Positions 1 through 13,370 of a DNA stretch of 64,000 bases are shown here, piece by piece. Made by a program: the position numbers and the translations under genes. The notes beneath the pieces were generated by a model. The model worked only from the letters and a program-made list of their open reading frames with translations, did no database searches and was not told where the DNA came from. Positions within the stretch are counted from its first letter, which is position 1. Each line of letters starts with the position of its first letter. Source of the stretch: Felis catus (taxonomy: Eukaryota); assembly GCF_018350175.1 (NCBI RefSeq), contig NC_058368.1, positions 134,108,001 through 134,172,000 on the forward strand, written 5' to 3'.

Positions 1-892
1 ATATTCCGCTTGGGTGAAAACCCTCCCAAGTACATCTTCTCTTGCAAGCACTGTCAACCACGGTCCTTGAAAGTATGAAGTGGTCATTACAGCTACTTGG
101 GGCCATGTTTGTTTCCAGTACAATGGAAAGGGAGCCTTGAGTATCCAGCATTGTGTTAGGTGCCTCCCACACACACATTATTGCATACGTATCATTATCC
201 TCATTTTAGCCGGGAAGAAACAAATGATCAGAGAGAGGAGCCAGTCCAAGGGCATATCGTGCAGGTTGCAAACATTTACGACGCATGAAGTCCCCAGTGC
301 AGAAAGATTGCTTTAGAAAAAGATGAGGCATACGCTTGGTTTGGGGAACATGGTGCCTTTATCTGAGTGTTATTTTTGTTTCAGTACCATTAACCACAGT
401 ATTTTTCCAGCGAGATACTGATGTTTTGTCTTTTTTTTCCCCACTTGCTCAAATGAGTCAGAGACTTTTAAAAGCTTAAAGGTAATTGATTAAACTGTCC
501 TTGTAAAAGCGCTGTGAGATCAAGAAGGTTTGACTGTTCCAGCTTATTTTAAAGACGAAGAATTACATTTTTAAGATGATTACATGTTCCTTTTGATAAA
601 GCAAAAACATTCACAAACGCAGGTGTGGTTTCAGACTGGTGTGTTGAACTGGCTGCCAGCTGTTGTTAGCTTGTGGTAACAACTCTTCTACTCCCTAGGG
701 AGAAGCAAGTCCTGAAGGATCTTAGTGGGTGAAGGAAGAGAAGGTGAGCTTAGTGGGCCACCCTTCACATGCAACTCAACACTGCCTGAACTTACAAGGC
801 TGTAAGTAAAGACTTTGTTACTCACTGATGGCTAAGAAAGGACTTAGGAGGCCCTGAGAAACATCAACTGAAGTTGTATAGCTACTTGCAGT

Positions 893-909
893 CTTGTCTT
901 GTCTGTCTG

Positions 910-965
<56 letters not shown>

Positions 966-972
966 TTCTTTC

Positions 973-1048
<76 letters not shown>
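893..1048. repeat. (GTCT)n/(TTTC)n microsatellite at the tail position of the adjacent Can-SINE
   Basis: Direct reading: ~150 bp of TTTC units; explains ORF 899..1096. Confidence 0.95.
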
Positions 1049-1248
1049 AATGCTTATTTTTTAGAGAGAGAGACAGACGGAGCACGAGTAGGGTAGGGGT
1101 AGAGAGAGACAGACACAGAATCTGAAGCAGGCTGCAGGGCTGCGAGCTGTCAGCACAGAGCCCGATGTGGGGCTCAAACCCACGAACCAAAAGATCATGA
1201 CCTGAGCCTAAGTTGGACGCCCAACTGACTCAGCCACCCAGGCACCCC
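1049..1248 (-). mobile_element. Can-SINE (SINEC, felid type)
   Basis: Reverse-complemented head ...actcagccacccaggcacccc, gagctgtcagcacagagccc body, (GA)n tract; short tgcagt repeat on both flanks. Confidence 0.95.
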
Positions 1249-1264
1249 TGCAGTGTATTACTTC

Positions 1265-2075
1265 AACTCTCTGAAGGCATCCATAATTTGTATTGAACTA
1301 ATAATATTCACTGACTCTTTTTTCTCTGTGTCCTTTGCTGCTTCCCTCACATCATCCAGACTCTACACTTCCTAAGGTCAGGACCCACTTCTTCCATCTG
1401 CATTCACTATTTTACACCAACTCAGCAAGTACTGTCTGGAAGCTGATGACTTCCAAAGCTGTCTTCAGCCCAACTCCTCCCCCAAGCTACAGATGAGTTC
1501 TAATGGCCTCTTTGACATTTCCTCTTGATGTCTAATAGAATCCCAAACTCATCATGTCCAAAATGGACTGATTTCCTCATCTCCAACCTGCTGCTTTTCA
1601 TCAGCTCATTTGTTCTTTTCCTATCTCAGTGAAAATCTGTCTTTCCAGTGACTCAGGCTAAAGAATTTTTGAGTCATTCTTGACTCCTCTCTTTTTCTTA
1701 CTTTCTACATCTAAACTTTCAACAAGAAACCTATTGGCTCTGGCTCCAAAATATAGCTGGAAGCCCACCACCTCTTAACATGTATATTTCTATCATCCTG
1801 TTCTCTTACCAGCTACTGTCTTCTCTTACTACCCTGGTACCTACTATCTGTTCTCAACATAGCAATCAGAACAGTCCTTTAAAGTGAGATTTAAAAGACG
1901 TGTTCGTCTGCTTGGAACTTTCTGGTTGTTTCCTTATCACTGGTACTCAAGTAAAAATCTTTAAAGTGTTCTGTAGCCCTCACTACCACCATCCTCTTAC
2001 TACTCTCTGTGTGGCTTACTTGGCTCCAGCCACACTGACCTGCCTGCGAGTTATTTAACATGCCACATACAACTG
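1265..2075 (+). mobile_element. Ancient LINE-2 fragment
   Basis: ctcaggctaaagaatttttgagtcattcttgactcctctct...tattggctctggctccaaaatata resembles the L2 3' consensus; boundaries approximate. Confidence 0.8.
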
Positions 2076-2083
2076 TCCCTAGA

Positions 2084-2229
2084 AGGGGTTATTAAAGCAC
2101 ATTTCTTTGCCCCACACCCAGAGTTTGGGCTTTGTTAGGACTGAGGTGTGACTGGATAATTTGCATGTCCAAAAGATTCCAGGTAATGTGGTTGCTGATG
2201 TTTTAGGATCATACCTTGACAACCACTGG
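2084..2229. mobile_element. MER5A-like hAT-Charlie MITE
   Basis: ccccacacccagagttt...aatttgcat...ccaggtaatg...accttgacaaccactg matches the MER5 pattern. Confidence 0.75.
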
Positions 2230-2410
2230 TAGTATGTTGATAAACCAGATATCTGGCTAGGTGGATGGAAAGCCTGATTTACAGCGTCTACCTATTTCTG
2301 CACTGTGAATACTCCCACTGTGGTTGTTGTTAAGCTCCCAACATGCATCATCTGGCTCACAAAATTCCTGGAATTAAACAATTGGCTCTCTTGAGCCTGC
2401 CACCAGAACG
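2230..2410 (-). mobile_element. MER63-like hAT MITE
   Basis: gaatactcccactgtgg...aagctcccaacatg...ggctcacaaaattcctggaattaaacaattggctctc resembles reverse MER63A. Confidence 0.65.
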
Positions 2411-2474
2411 GGGACCATTGGTCTATAATGGCTCTCTAGGTCCTGCCTGGGGGAGAGGTCGGGGAAGAGAGTGA

Positions 2475-2670
2475 TCACTTATTCTGCACTTACAATATGC
2501 CAGTCATATAGTATGCTGATGTGGTCCTTGATAGATAATGTTTCATTTGGCCCTTATAACAAACCTATGACATTACGCCTTCCTATTTCCATTTTTTTAG
2601 GTGAGGAAGTTGAGAAATGAAATGACTTTTTTCTGAGTCACACAACAGGTTTGAATTCAGGACTGCCGGA
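2475..2670 (-). mobile_element. MIR fragment
   Basis: cacttacaatatgccag...aacaaacctatga...ccattttttt aggtgaggaagttgag core motif. Confidence 0.65.
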
Positions 2671-3671
2671 ACCCTCAATCTCTCCCCTTCTAACGAAACA
2701 AAACCAAAAAAAATAGTACCTTGATGCTTTGGGTGGCATCTTGTCATGGGGGCTAGGAGATGAAAGATGCGGGAAGCTAAAAGTAACGCACAGCATAGGT
2801 ATAGATGTAGTCTGAACTTCAGGTGACTAAAATCTCTTCAGTTGACTCTTTGGAAGGGGCCCTGATGAGTAAGCCTGTACATGAAGCAGGCTAACTACAT
2901 GGTATCTGCAGCCCTCATTGCTGATCACAGCCCATGGGCCAAGTGCAGCTAGACAACATGTTCTTTCCCTTAGTTACTGCCTGATAATCCAGGAACTAGT
3001 AAGTGCAGATCAAAGGAGACTGTAGAGCTCATATATTGAGAATTCTGGTGCCAGGTGCTGAAATAACCTTCCTTTGAGGGCAAGTAAATTCTCTCAATTG
3101 ATGGGACAGAAGTTGCTCCAGGCAAAGGCCCCACTTGTTCCCCTTGCTTAATTGCCTCACTACCCTCATTCTGGATCGAGCTTCAATCATTTTACTTTCT
3201 AAGCTTGGAAACCCCTGGGACAGGTTTCCACTGGCATGCTTTGCAAGCAACGGGGGCGATTATCCAGGCATCAAAATTGCTTTTCTCAGGTCTTTTCTAG
3301 CCAAGCTCAGTCTCTCTTCCTCCAAATTGCCTGGAACACTGCCCTCTCCCTCACCATCCTGTGCCGGTAGAGACCTGGTCTCAGGCTGGGCGGTCCAGCT
3401 GTCTGGCTCCATTGAAAATACTTGAAACCTAAATATGACAGACCTTATGCTAACCCCAATGTCCAAGGCATTGCAGAACAAAGTCCAGTGTGATGAAAAT
3501 CAAGTTTCATGTTCTTCACACTTTTTATTAGGTTATCAAATGAGTAGTTTCTGGGCTCCAGCTGCCCCAGAGGCATTTCATTAGGGCAGAAAAGTAATCC
3601 TGAGGAAGAGCAGAGAAGTTTCCATCTTTTACAGATGGGTAAGCAAGGGAGAGTCCATTTCTTTTATCATT

Positions 3672-3712
3672 ATTCATTCATTCATTCATTCATTCATTCA
3701 TTCATTCATTCA
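3672..3712. repeat. (TTCA)n microsatellite
   Basis: About 10 perfect units seen directly. Confidence 0.95.
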
Positions 3713-5292
3713 AATGCCTTTATACAAGGCACAGTGGAAAACTAAAGAGTAACATCATTCTGGCTGTCAGAGACCAGAGCACACTTCTTGGGAAGCTTAG
3801 GAAGGATTTTTGGAGATACACTTACGGGAACATGGCAGGTAGAAGGAAGGAGAAGGCCCATGACAGTTGTGAACTCAGAATGTCTGAATGTCAGAATGCT
3901 TTTTACCTATCTTTAAGGACAAGAGTCAAGTGAAGGCCATCAAAAAATAGAGTTTCCCAACTTGATCTGCTCTATCTTAGGGCTTTCTTATCAATCCTCA
4001 TGGTGGATTGAGAAATCTACTGCCATTTCCCTTTCTCCTAGTAAGGCCTTCTATACTTCAAGGGCAAAGAACAGAAAGTAACACAATGCTTTCTGTCAAA
4101 TGAAAATCACCTCTGAAAAAGTGAAGACTATTTTTTGGAGTTCACGTCACTACTTCTTATCTGCCAGGGGTCTTTGAAAGAAACTTCTAGCAGATAGAGT
4201 GCCAAAATGTCACCTCTACTCTGTTAAAACAGTTTGGACAGTGGTTGTAGGTGTCTCGGCAAGATGGCTAACTGATGCTTAGCAGACTAAGCGGACTCAC
4301 CCACCCAGGTGCTGGCATGGAGAAGCAGTGGTGACTTAGCTCCTAGTGTGAAAGAAGCAAGGTGCTGGGAGAAACAAGCTAAGTTTATTTTTCTGAATAC
4401 CACTTCACTTCCCTGAGGTAGAGTAAGAAAACAAGGGGAGATAGACCAGGATTGCTGTCTCAGTGGAGCCCCCTCCACTTAGGATGTTAGAAGTGATGAA
4501 GAAGCAATTGTCCTCTTATGCACTGGTCAGAGAAAGAAAAGCTCGCAATGTCCTCAACAGAGACTGGGTGAACTTCTTCTACCAAGAAGAACCATTATAA
4601 AACATTTCAAGCTGGGCATTTCTTTTTTTCCCTTCTGTGAGATGTTGAGATGGGAGCAACTTACCTCACAGAAACTTGAGTCCCTGGCAGGCCAACCCTG
4701 AGTGGGTTCCACTGACATTCGTTTCTGGGAGTCATGAATAAGAAGAGGTAAAAGAGAAAAGGCCTGACTCAGTGAGAGGCAGGGCTCTAGGACCTCTCAG
4801 GCTTTGGGATAAAGTGGATTTAACTTCGTTCCATCTCTCCAGCACATTCTTAAAAGAAGAAAGGACAATGGGGATTTTGTGCGACAAGAGTAGAATAAGG
4901 CTGGGTTTGTACTCTCTTATGCATTCAAAAGAGAAAGAAGGAAAGAAGGACCAAATATGGAATTGGACTTCATTTCCAAGCGGGAACCTTCATCACTTTC
5001 ATCAGTAGCCATCTGGCACGCAGTGTTCTGTGGCGTTTCTCTAAAATGACTGGCAACCTCCAACAGTTTCCTTGGCACTGCCACTGAGAAGCCTCAGTTC
5101 TTAGCAATGTGCTAGAAATAGTCAAAGCTCAGTACCGGCAGGTAATGGTGCTTATGTAATCAGCATCGTCTTCGATCCCAGAACAATGAAGCCCTTGCCC
5201 CTGTGTGCTGCCTCCAGACGCATATTCAGAACTTGTTTGTTTTGCCTCTGTCTCATGAGGCTTCTTGAAAGAGATGCCAGCAATAGGGAAAA

Positions 5293-5295
<3 letters not shown>

Positions 5296-5338
<43 letters not shown>
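5296..5338. repeat. (CA)n microsatellite
   Basis: Seen directly; explains ORFs 5152..5361 and 5186..5401. Confidence 0.97.
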
Positions 5339-5339
<1 letters not shown>

Positions 5340-5344
5340 CCTCT

Positions 5345-5530
5345 GCTTCTTTGGGTTCCACTTCACTATATTCACATATCCTTGTAGCACGTATGACATA
5401 GTACTGTAATTATCTATTTATATAGCTGTCTCTTCCAGTACATTTTAGCACTTAGAGGGGAGAAAATACATCCATTTCATCTGTTTATCCTCATCACAGA
5501 GCACAGACGCTCAAAGAAGAGTTAGATGGA
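5345..5530 (+). mobile_element. L2 3'-end fragment
   Basis: tagcacgtatgacatagtactgtaattatctattt...tcatctgtttatcctc...agcacagacgctcaa resembles the L2 terminus. Confidence 0.55.
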
Positions 5531-6807
5531 CAAATGTTTCGGCTTCATGCTACAAAGCATAACACTTTGTACAAACCTTTTGTACAACTGGTTTACAACA
5601 GTTGAACCAGTCACCCCTTTTCAGAATATAAATGATACTCTTCACTTTTTAAGGAATAGGTGGTTCTGAAAAGGACTTTTCCCCCTCCTAACAAGTGTCG
5701 ACCTTTCCCAAGGTGCTAGGCGAGGAACCAGCTGAACACCCAAAGCGAGTCTGACCAATAACCCAGGACGCTTTCTCCAAGCGAAGATATGTTCTGGAGC
5801 TCTAGGCAACATTTGGAACTGGCAGTTTGATCTGATTCAATCCAAGAATTTATTCAGTTTTTCAGGAGACCAAACGGAATCTCTTAGCATTTTGGAAGCG
5901 AAAAAAATATATACACATGAACAGAAACACACACAAATTTGAGAGACCCATGAAAGTTTCTGATGATTATGTAATAAGAAGTTTACTCTGTGCTGGAGAG
6001 AATGGGAAACACATAGAACGAAGGTTTGGACAGATCTAAGATCTCTGAGGAGAGGAGCCCTTAGAATGGAAAGCTTCCGTAACATTTTATGGGAAAAAAA
6101 CTCTGAGTGAGCAAATAACATTCATTATTCGATTTGTATATCCAAAGAGAGCTCTAGATACTTGCTTTATGTTACCCCTGGTTTCTAAAGCTGCTGTTCC
6201 ATGTGTATGTCTGTGGGCGCATTAATACCCAATGAAGTTGAATGCCTTGCTGAACAAAACTAGTACTTCTCTAAAGTGTGTCTCTGAACCCCAGGTGATG
6301 GCTGAATTCTGTGTAATAGTGTTTGATACCGCAAAATTTGCGGGGCGGGGGAGGGAGTGAAGAACTTGGACTTTTATCTTTGAGACTGTCGTCATAGTTT
6401 TTGACCTGTTATAGAATTTTCTTGTATACATTTTCACACTGAATACTCTAGTGTGGAGTAACTTCTTCAGTAGGCAGTGCTTGCCGAAACGATGTAGGCT
6501 CTGATAATATTTGTTTGTGTTGGCATTTGGATATCCTCCTCCAGACTCTACCTGTGGAAATTTCATCATTAAAATGTACATGTAAATCTCAAGATAATTT
6601 GGAATATCTGCACAAAACTTGCATTTCCCACTTTATTGCCCCCAAAATAACAAAGATGTTCGGTGTGTTAAATTTGCTAGTTTGGAAATCATTAAGCTTG
6701 GAAATCATTAAGGCTTCTTTTAAAAGCAAAAGAAAATTCCTCAGTATTCTCATGGAGATCCCCAGAACCCAGTTTGATGGACATTGACTTAAGAAATTAA
6801 AGTTTTA

Positions 6808-6937
6808 GGGACACCTAGATGGTTCAGTTGGTTGAGCATCCAACTCTTGGTCTCGGCTCAGGTCATTATCTCATGGTTCGTGAGTTTGAGTCCTGCATTG
6901 GGCTCCACCCTGTTAGTGTGGAGCCTGCTTGGTATTC

Positions 6938-6980
<43 letters not shown>

Positions 6981-7045
6981 TTTTCTGGCCCTCCCCTGCT
7001 TGTACTTTCCATCTCTCTCAAAATAAATAAATAAGCTTACAAAAA
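6808..7045 (+). mobile_element. Can-SINE
   Basis: gggacacctagatggttcagttggttgagc head, (CT)n, aaaataaataaat tail; imperfect TSD aagaaattaaagtttta / aggaattgaagttttta. Confidence 0.95.
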
Positions 7046-8104
7046 GGAATTGAAGTTTTAACTAATGAAAATATATTTAAAAAGGGAATATCAAGGACCC
7101 ATGCTTCCTCTGATGATCAGTTGAGGAAACATCTAGCAATTGTGTGGTGGTTCTTTATAATCAAAGTTATGAAGGAAGTGGAGAACAAAGTTTATACCTC
7201 TAAATGAGTTCTGTTGAACTCTACCCTCCAAAAGGGAACGTTTTGAATCTCAATTAAGTAAATGGTGGGAAAGAACTAATGGTTTCTCATCTGAAAGACT
7301 TAAAGATTAAAGAGAAGTAAGCTTTTGAATTATACACAGATAATTATTTTAAGCCTCACTTTAAAAGTATCTTACAGAGTGCTGTATAGGCATTTCTCTT
7401 AAAGCGTGAGCTTCCATAATGCAAGTTGTTACCTTGCAAATCATTTATAATGTCAATTAATTAAAAGACAGAAATTGAATGATGTGGACCCATCGTCTGG
7501 AATATGTGTGAAATTTGTAACCAGCATCCCCAAATAAATCAAAGCTCTCCAGAAAAAGTTGAAGTACTTTGTTGAATAGCTGATCTGGGTTTCTCTGTTT
7601 CACATTGGTGTTTGTGTGATGGAATTGCCAGCAACACTGTCGAGGGCAGAGGTGACAGAGATGATATGGAGTCCTCTGAGTGTGTGGAAGGAAAGGCTGA
7701 TAAGAAAGTATTTACCTTTGTTCAACTTATTTGTAGCTTGCAATAACAAAATACACACAGAAGATGCTTTGTTTATTGAACCATAAAAACATTTTATTAT
7801 GCAAATGTGAATGTCTCTTGCCTTTAACAGATTTTTCCTCCTGTAAAACAAATACCATTTTAAACATTTTATGATAACCTGATCCTTTTAAAATTGGAAT
7901 GATCACGTTACTCATGGACAGGCTGATTTTAATATTGTTGTATTTTTAAAATTAAGAGCTTTCTATTCCCTTGTAAATGCTGATTGAATGGAAAAGTGTT
8001 AGTAATTCAGTTGAATAATAACTATAGTTGAATCCTGGCTGTTCAGACTATGATATCAATATGACAGGATGCCATCCACATTGCGATGGCAAACTCGTAA
8101 AAAA

Positions 8105-8332
8105 ATTTTGTTTTTTACGTGAGAGAGAGTATGTATGTGCCTACACGTGTGTGAGCAGGGAGGAGGGTGGAGGAAGGGAGGAAGGGAGAGAGAAAGAGAG
8201 AGAGAGAATCCCAAGCATTCTTCATGCTCAGCGTGGAGCCCTGTCCAGGGCTCCATCTCACAACCCTAGGGTCATGATCTGAGCCGAAATCAAGAGCCAG
8301 ATGCTCAAATGACTGAGCCACCCAGGTGCCCC
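8105..8332 (-). mobile_element. Can-SINE (older subfamily)
   Basis: ...gagccgaaatcaagagccagatgctcaaatgactgagccacccaggtgcccc; flanking repeat gatggcaaa. Confidence 0.92.
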
Positions 8333-8679
8333 TCTGATGGCAAAGTCTTAATTTAAAAGACCCCATACCTGCAGAGAAAAATCTGTATTCAAGGCTTGAT
8401 ACTTCTGAGCACCATCTCCGAATTCTTCTTTATGTCCCTACATTCTGTATAGCAGTCTTCCCCTGGTAACAGAAAAACAGACACTTTCATTTTACCATAC
8501 CAGTTTTTATGCTGTTAGGTATATTTAGAATACTGCTTCTTAATTCATTATGGCAAAATTTTGCCCATTTGGGCCAGTTTAAATGTCATGTTCTCCAAAT
8601 CAATCATCCTTGTGTTTTTTCTTCATGCCGTGTTGACTATGGTATGATTATTGGACTTCTATTGACCAATATAGTTCCA

Positions 8680-8905
8680 TAGTAGCATGAGAATGTAGAT
8701 TTTGGAGACAGAAATATGCTATAGTAGATTTACAGCTCACTCTTGGAAACTGGCTCTGAAGTCTTAAGCAAGAAATGGAACCACTAAGGCTCAGTGTTCT
8801 CAAAGTAAAGTGGGATTTACTAGCCTTCAGGAAGTTTGTGAGGCCTAGAAGAAAATAATATACAGCGTGGTCACTATCATACAGTAGACACTCAGTAAAT
8901 GGTTA
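8680..8905 (+). mobile_element. MIR
   Basis: gattttggagacaga...tcttaagcaag...ctcagtgttctcaaagtaaagtgggat...acagtagacactcagtaaatggttag. Confidence 0.7.
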
Positions 8906-9520
8906 GGGTGATTTTTTCCATATGTATGTTTTTTTCTCATTATATCTGACCCACGTGAGGTCAGAGACTGTCTTAGCCATGTTAATAAGCCTAGCACATT
9001 AAACCTAGAGTATGGTCGTAGCTTAACAGAAGTTAAGTGATGATTAAGTGATTGAATGGCAGAGAAAGTGAAAGTACCTCCCGAATCCTCAGCTTACAAC
9101 CTATACATTTAAAGTAATGAGAAAATCTTATACCCATTCCTAAAGCCTATGGTGCTCTTTTTCTTTATAATATTAGCTTATCCAATTAATTAGAGCCTGA
9201 TACTAAGGAATTTGAAGGCTTTGATTCCTAAACGAAGAAGTTAACTGAGGCTATCCTTAGCCACACTGAGTTATGTAGAAGCGTTGACTACTGTTCTCCT
9301 GGCAATTTGGAGTGGGGGTGGGGGAGAGTATGATCAGTGCAGTAACACTTAAAAATAGTCAATCAGTGTATTTGCCTATTAAAGGTGGGAATTTTACTTT
9401 AGAAGTTATATCCTAAAGATTGTACTAAGGCTGGAAAACTGACAAATCATATAATCAGAGAGGAACAGGATTATGACACAGGACTCCCAAATCTTAGCCC
9501 CTTGTTTTGGATTCTCTGAC

Positions 9521-9977
9521 TGTGATGGTTAATTTTATGTATCAACTTGACTAGACCTCAGTGCCCAGATATTTGGTAAAACATTGTTCTGGATGTTTCT
9601 GTGAGGATGTTTTTAGATGAGATTTACGTTTAAATTGGTGGACTTTGAGTAAACCTTATTGTACTCTCTGATGTGGGTGAGCCTCATCCAAACAGTTGAA
9701 CACTTGAAGAAAACAAAAGGTAACCTTACCTGACCAAGAGAGAATTCTTCTTCAGACTACCTTTAGACTTTATATGCTACATTGGCTTTTCTGGTTCTAC
9801 AGTGGGCTATCTCTGGATTCAGACTGCAGCTCCTTGAGTCTCCAGCTGCCAGACTCTCCATTTGATTGTGGACTTGCCACACCTCCACAATTCCATGAGC
9901 CAGTTCCTTGGGATAAATCTCTCTCTCTATATATACATCCTGTTGGTCCCCCCACCCCCGGAGAACCCCAAATAAGA
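9521..9977 (+). mobile_element. MLT2-family (ERVL) solo LTR
   Basis: Starts TGTGATGGTTAATTTTATGTATCAACTTGACT (MLT2 5' end); ends ...atacatcctgttggt...ggagaacccc. Confidence 0.88.
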
Positions 9978-10069
9978 CCTATAATTTTACAAACTGATGA
10001 TTATCATGTTACTCTTATTTTGTGGCATCATTAAGCAAACTCACCCCAACATTTATCCAATGATTTTTA

Positions 10070-10268
10070 GTGTTTCCCAAAGGATCCTAACCTGTTAGAC
10101 TATGTACCTGTCCAGCGGATTGTCTGCATGAGTTACTTGGGGAACTTGCTAAAATTCACATTTCCGGACTTGACTTGAGACATTTTGAATCAAATCTGGG
10201 GCTAGCTAATCTGTATCTTTGACCAGTTCTTCTGATTCTAGTGCGCATAAAACTTTGAGAACCACTGG
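10070..10268. mobile_element. MER5-like MITE
   Basis: acttggggaacttgctaaaattcacatttcc...aatctgtatcttt...aaactttgagaaccactgg terminus. Confidence 0.7.
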
Positions 10269-10326
10269 TTTCTATGATGTGTTTTTTATTTGCCTACACA
10301 GTGAAAGTATTAGCGAAGAGCGTCTT

Positions 10327-10540
10327 TTTTAAAATTAAAAAAAAGTTTTAAATGCTTGTTTAAATTTGAGAGAGAGGGGATGCAGAGGGGCAGAAGGAGA
10401 GGGAGACATAGAATCTGAAGCAGGCTTCAGGCTCTGAGCTGTCAGCACAGAGCCCGATGCGGTGCACAAACCGTTAAACTGCGAGATCACGACCTGAGCT
10501 GAAGTCAGACACGTAACCTACCGAGCCACACAGATGCCCC
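10327..10540 (-). mobile_element. Can-SINE
   Basis: Typical body; TSD gaagagc(g/c)tctt at about 10315 and 10543. Confidence 0.95.
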
Positions 10541-10769
10541 AAGAAGAGCCTCTTATAACTAAAACCCCCAGTAGTGACCAAAAAAGAATTCAGCAGTAGG
10601 AGTAACATACTTAGATGATAATTTCTGTATTATACGTTTTCTTTTCAATATGACTTATAGGTAGACTTTATTTCTTTTAAATAGGGAATCTGGTTGTTTT
10701 CATTGGATTGGAGTGTATGAAAGATTCAAATTTAAAACATCATAGAAAATAGCCCAAAGTATAATTTAA

Positions 10770-11033
10770 AAAAATTCTAAGGTTGTAATTGACATATAAC
10801 ATAATTTTAGCTTCAGGTGTACAGCATAGTGATTCAATAATTGTATATATTGCAAGTCGATCCCCACAGTAAATCTGGTGTACATCCCATACTTGGTTAC
10901 AACTTTTTTCCTGTGATGATTTTTTAAGGTAAACTCTTAGCACCTTTCAAATATGCAGTACAATATTATTAACTATAGTCACCATGCTGTACGTTACATC
11001 CCCATGACATATTTTATAGGTGGAAGTTTGTAC
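10770..11033 (-). mobile_element. L1 3'UTR fragment (L1MA/L1_Carn-like)
   Basis: aattgacatataaca...ttcaggtgtacagcatagtgattc...ttaactatagtcaccatgctgtac. Confidence 0.85.
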
Positions 11034-12227
11034 TATAATTCTTTTAAGGGCAATGAGGAAAATACTAAGGAAATGTATAAAGATGCAAAAGAGATTGGAG
11101 GGTGACCCTGAAGGCCATGAAGAAGAAACAGGTGGCTGTGTAGAACAGCAGGCAAAGACTGACTGTAACCTGGGGCCTGGGTTAGAAGTGCTCTTGCAGG
11201 AACTGATGGAGCACACACAGTTTCCAGCTTCTGGCTGTTGCCAATCCTTAATTTTCTAAAGGAAGGTGGAGGGAAGGAGGAGCGGGATGGACCCTGACTC
11301 TTGTATAGATGCCAGTTGTGTAATGTATAACATATGGGGTATGCTTTTCATCAACACTACGCCAAAAAAATTCTGACCCACCTGGCTGAGAAACGAGTGG
11401 GTTTGCGAAACAATTAGCATATGGAATAGATTATGAAGAAAGTCATCTTAGCATCTGGTTTACTGAAACTCCACATTTCCTATAACTCTAGGACATAAGA
11501 AGAACAATTCCCATAACAGATTAAGGCCAATAACATTTGAAGAATGACTTATTTTGACCCAGGGTGACCCTTGTATTTATTAACATGGTATTGATTTCCT
11601 GTTTGCTTTTTCTGAGTCAACATGGAAAATGATCTTTAACCCCTAAAAAAGTTACGAGGACTAGTCAGACAAATGAATGTGGATGAAAAGACTCTGATTC
11701 TCTATATTCATTTCGACTTCTCTGTGTGCTATTCATACTGGTTGATGAATTTTTCAGAGAGAGACTCACTGGTTAAGTACAGAGTGCTGACAAGTAGTAA
11801 AGTTTATCTTAAGAAGCTCAAAAGCCCCATTATCTCCCCCTTCTATATCCAGAAATTTTTGGAAATCACACTGTAAAAGCTTTGGAAGTTTAGCCTATTT
11901 AAGATATTTTTAAATCAAAGGGGTCAGACTCACAATTTTTACTCTTCATAGAAATCTAGACAAATTATTTAGAAATTTATGCAGAAGTATGTTAGTTTAG
12001 AGACCTATAAATTCTAAATTTAGTCTTAGAACCTTTGGGAAGAGAGTTAACTATGAAAAAAGAACCCCAAATCCTGTAATTGCTATTGAACAAACAAAAA
12101 ATACCACCTCCCCTAAACAAAAACAAAAACTAGTTGTAAAATCTGAAGGCACTTTTAATTTTGTCTGGTTCATGGGACAGGGCAAAAACTAAAATGCAAA
12201 TAATTCATCAGCAAAGTTGTTCTAGTC

Positions 12228-12427
12228 CAGAGGTTGACACACTGTGGGCTGCGGACCACATTCAGCCCACCACCTGTTTTAATATGGCATGTGAACTATG
12301 GTTTTTACATTCATAAAGTGTTGTAAAAATGTGATAAAGAAGACTATGCAACAGAGGGCATGTGTGGTTGCAAAGCCTAAAATATTTACTATCTTTCTCC
12401 TTCCAGAAGAATTTTGCTGACTCCAAT
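12228..12427. mobile_element. MER58-like hAT MITE
   Basis: cagaggttgacac...cagcccaccacctgtttt...gcaaagcctaaaatatttactatct...tttgctgactcc; tctagtc on both flanks. Confidence 0.8.
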
Positions 12428-13214
12428 CTAGTCTAAGTAAGGAAGGATATAGAGCGGTTCCATCATCTCTGTGATCCCAGGCAAACTGCATGTCTGCTCG
12501 GAGTCTGCTTTCTTCTCTGTGACTTTGGGGTGTTTAGACTTGGCAGTCTCACAAATAAAAGCAAATGGGGGGAAGTTCTGAAAACCAGCACCTGCAAATA
12601 GACATTAGTTGGTGGTATCATCAAAAACATGTAGCCTCTTTCCTTTGAAAAATAAGGGTTTTGATGGGGCTGCTTTTAAATTTGACACAGGCTTTTATTT
12701 TGTAGTGATACTATTTTAGGGACAGCCCTCTTCATCACATTATTTGCTTTGAGCGCATATTGGACATCACCCCCAAATTAGACTGTGGTATTTTGGACCA
12801 TGTCTGAGCTATGGCTTTTCTTTGTTGGGCACACGAAGCCTTCCTTCATAGATTGTGCTGCTTATGCATGGAAAGTAACTGTGATTCTGAGTGAAGGAAG
12901 GGGAGACTCTTTAGGATACTTGAAATTAAACTCCTTTTAAGTAAGTACCCTCACTTTGGAGAATATGAAGGTGCCACGAGGTCCTAGGTGCTGGGAAACC
13001 ACAAAGGTTGAGACACAAGTGACATGGCCAATGTTTAGAACAGAAGACGAGTGGAAGTTAAGATTTACTTCCTCCTGAATGCTGAGAAAGGGGGAAGGGT
13101 ACCCACGGCCTAGGCAAATAGAGCCATGGATGTCTAGTGGCATGGGACAAGCAGAATGCACCATTTCAATTCTCAGCAAATCTAACTCATGAAAAGGATT
13201 ATGAGTTAACACCT

Positions 13215-13370
13215 CACACACTCCGGATCTGGGCTAACCACTTGATGTGCTTTATCTCATTTATATCTTCACACCCACATTGTGAGGTAGACATAATTCT
13301 GTCCATTTCATAGGTGAAGACATGGACCAAGGTTACAGAGAAGTTAAGTAATTTGTTGAAGGTCAAGCTC
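13215..13370 (-). mobile_element. MIR
   Basis: tgctttatctcattt...tgaggtagac...ccatttcataggtgaaga...agagaagttaagtaatttg. Confidence 0.7.
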
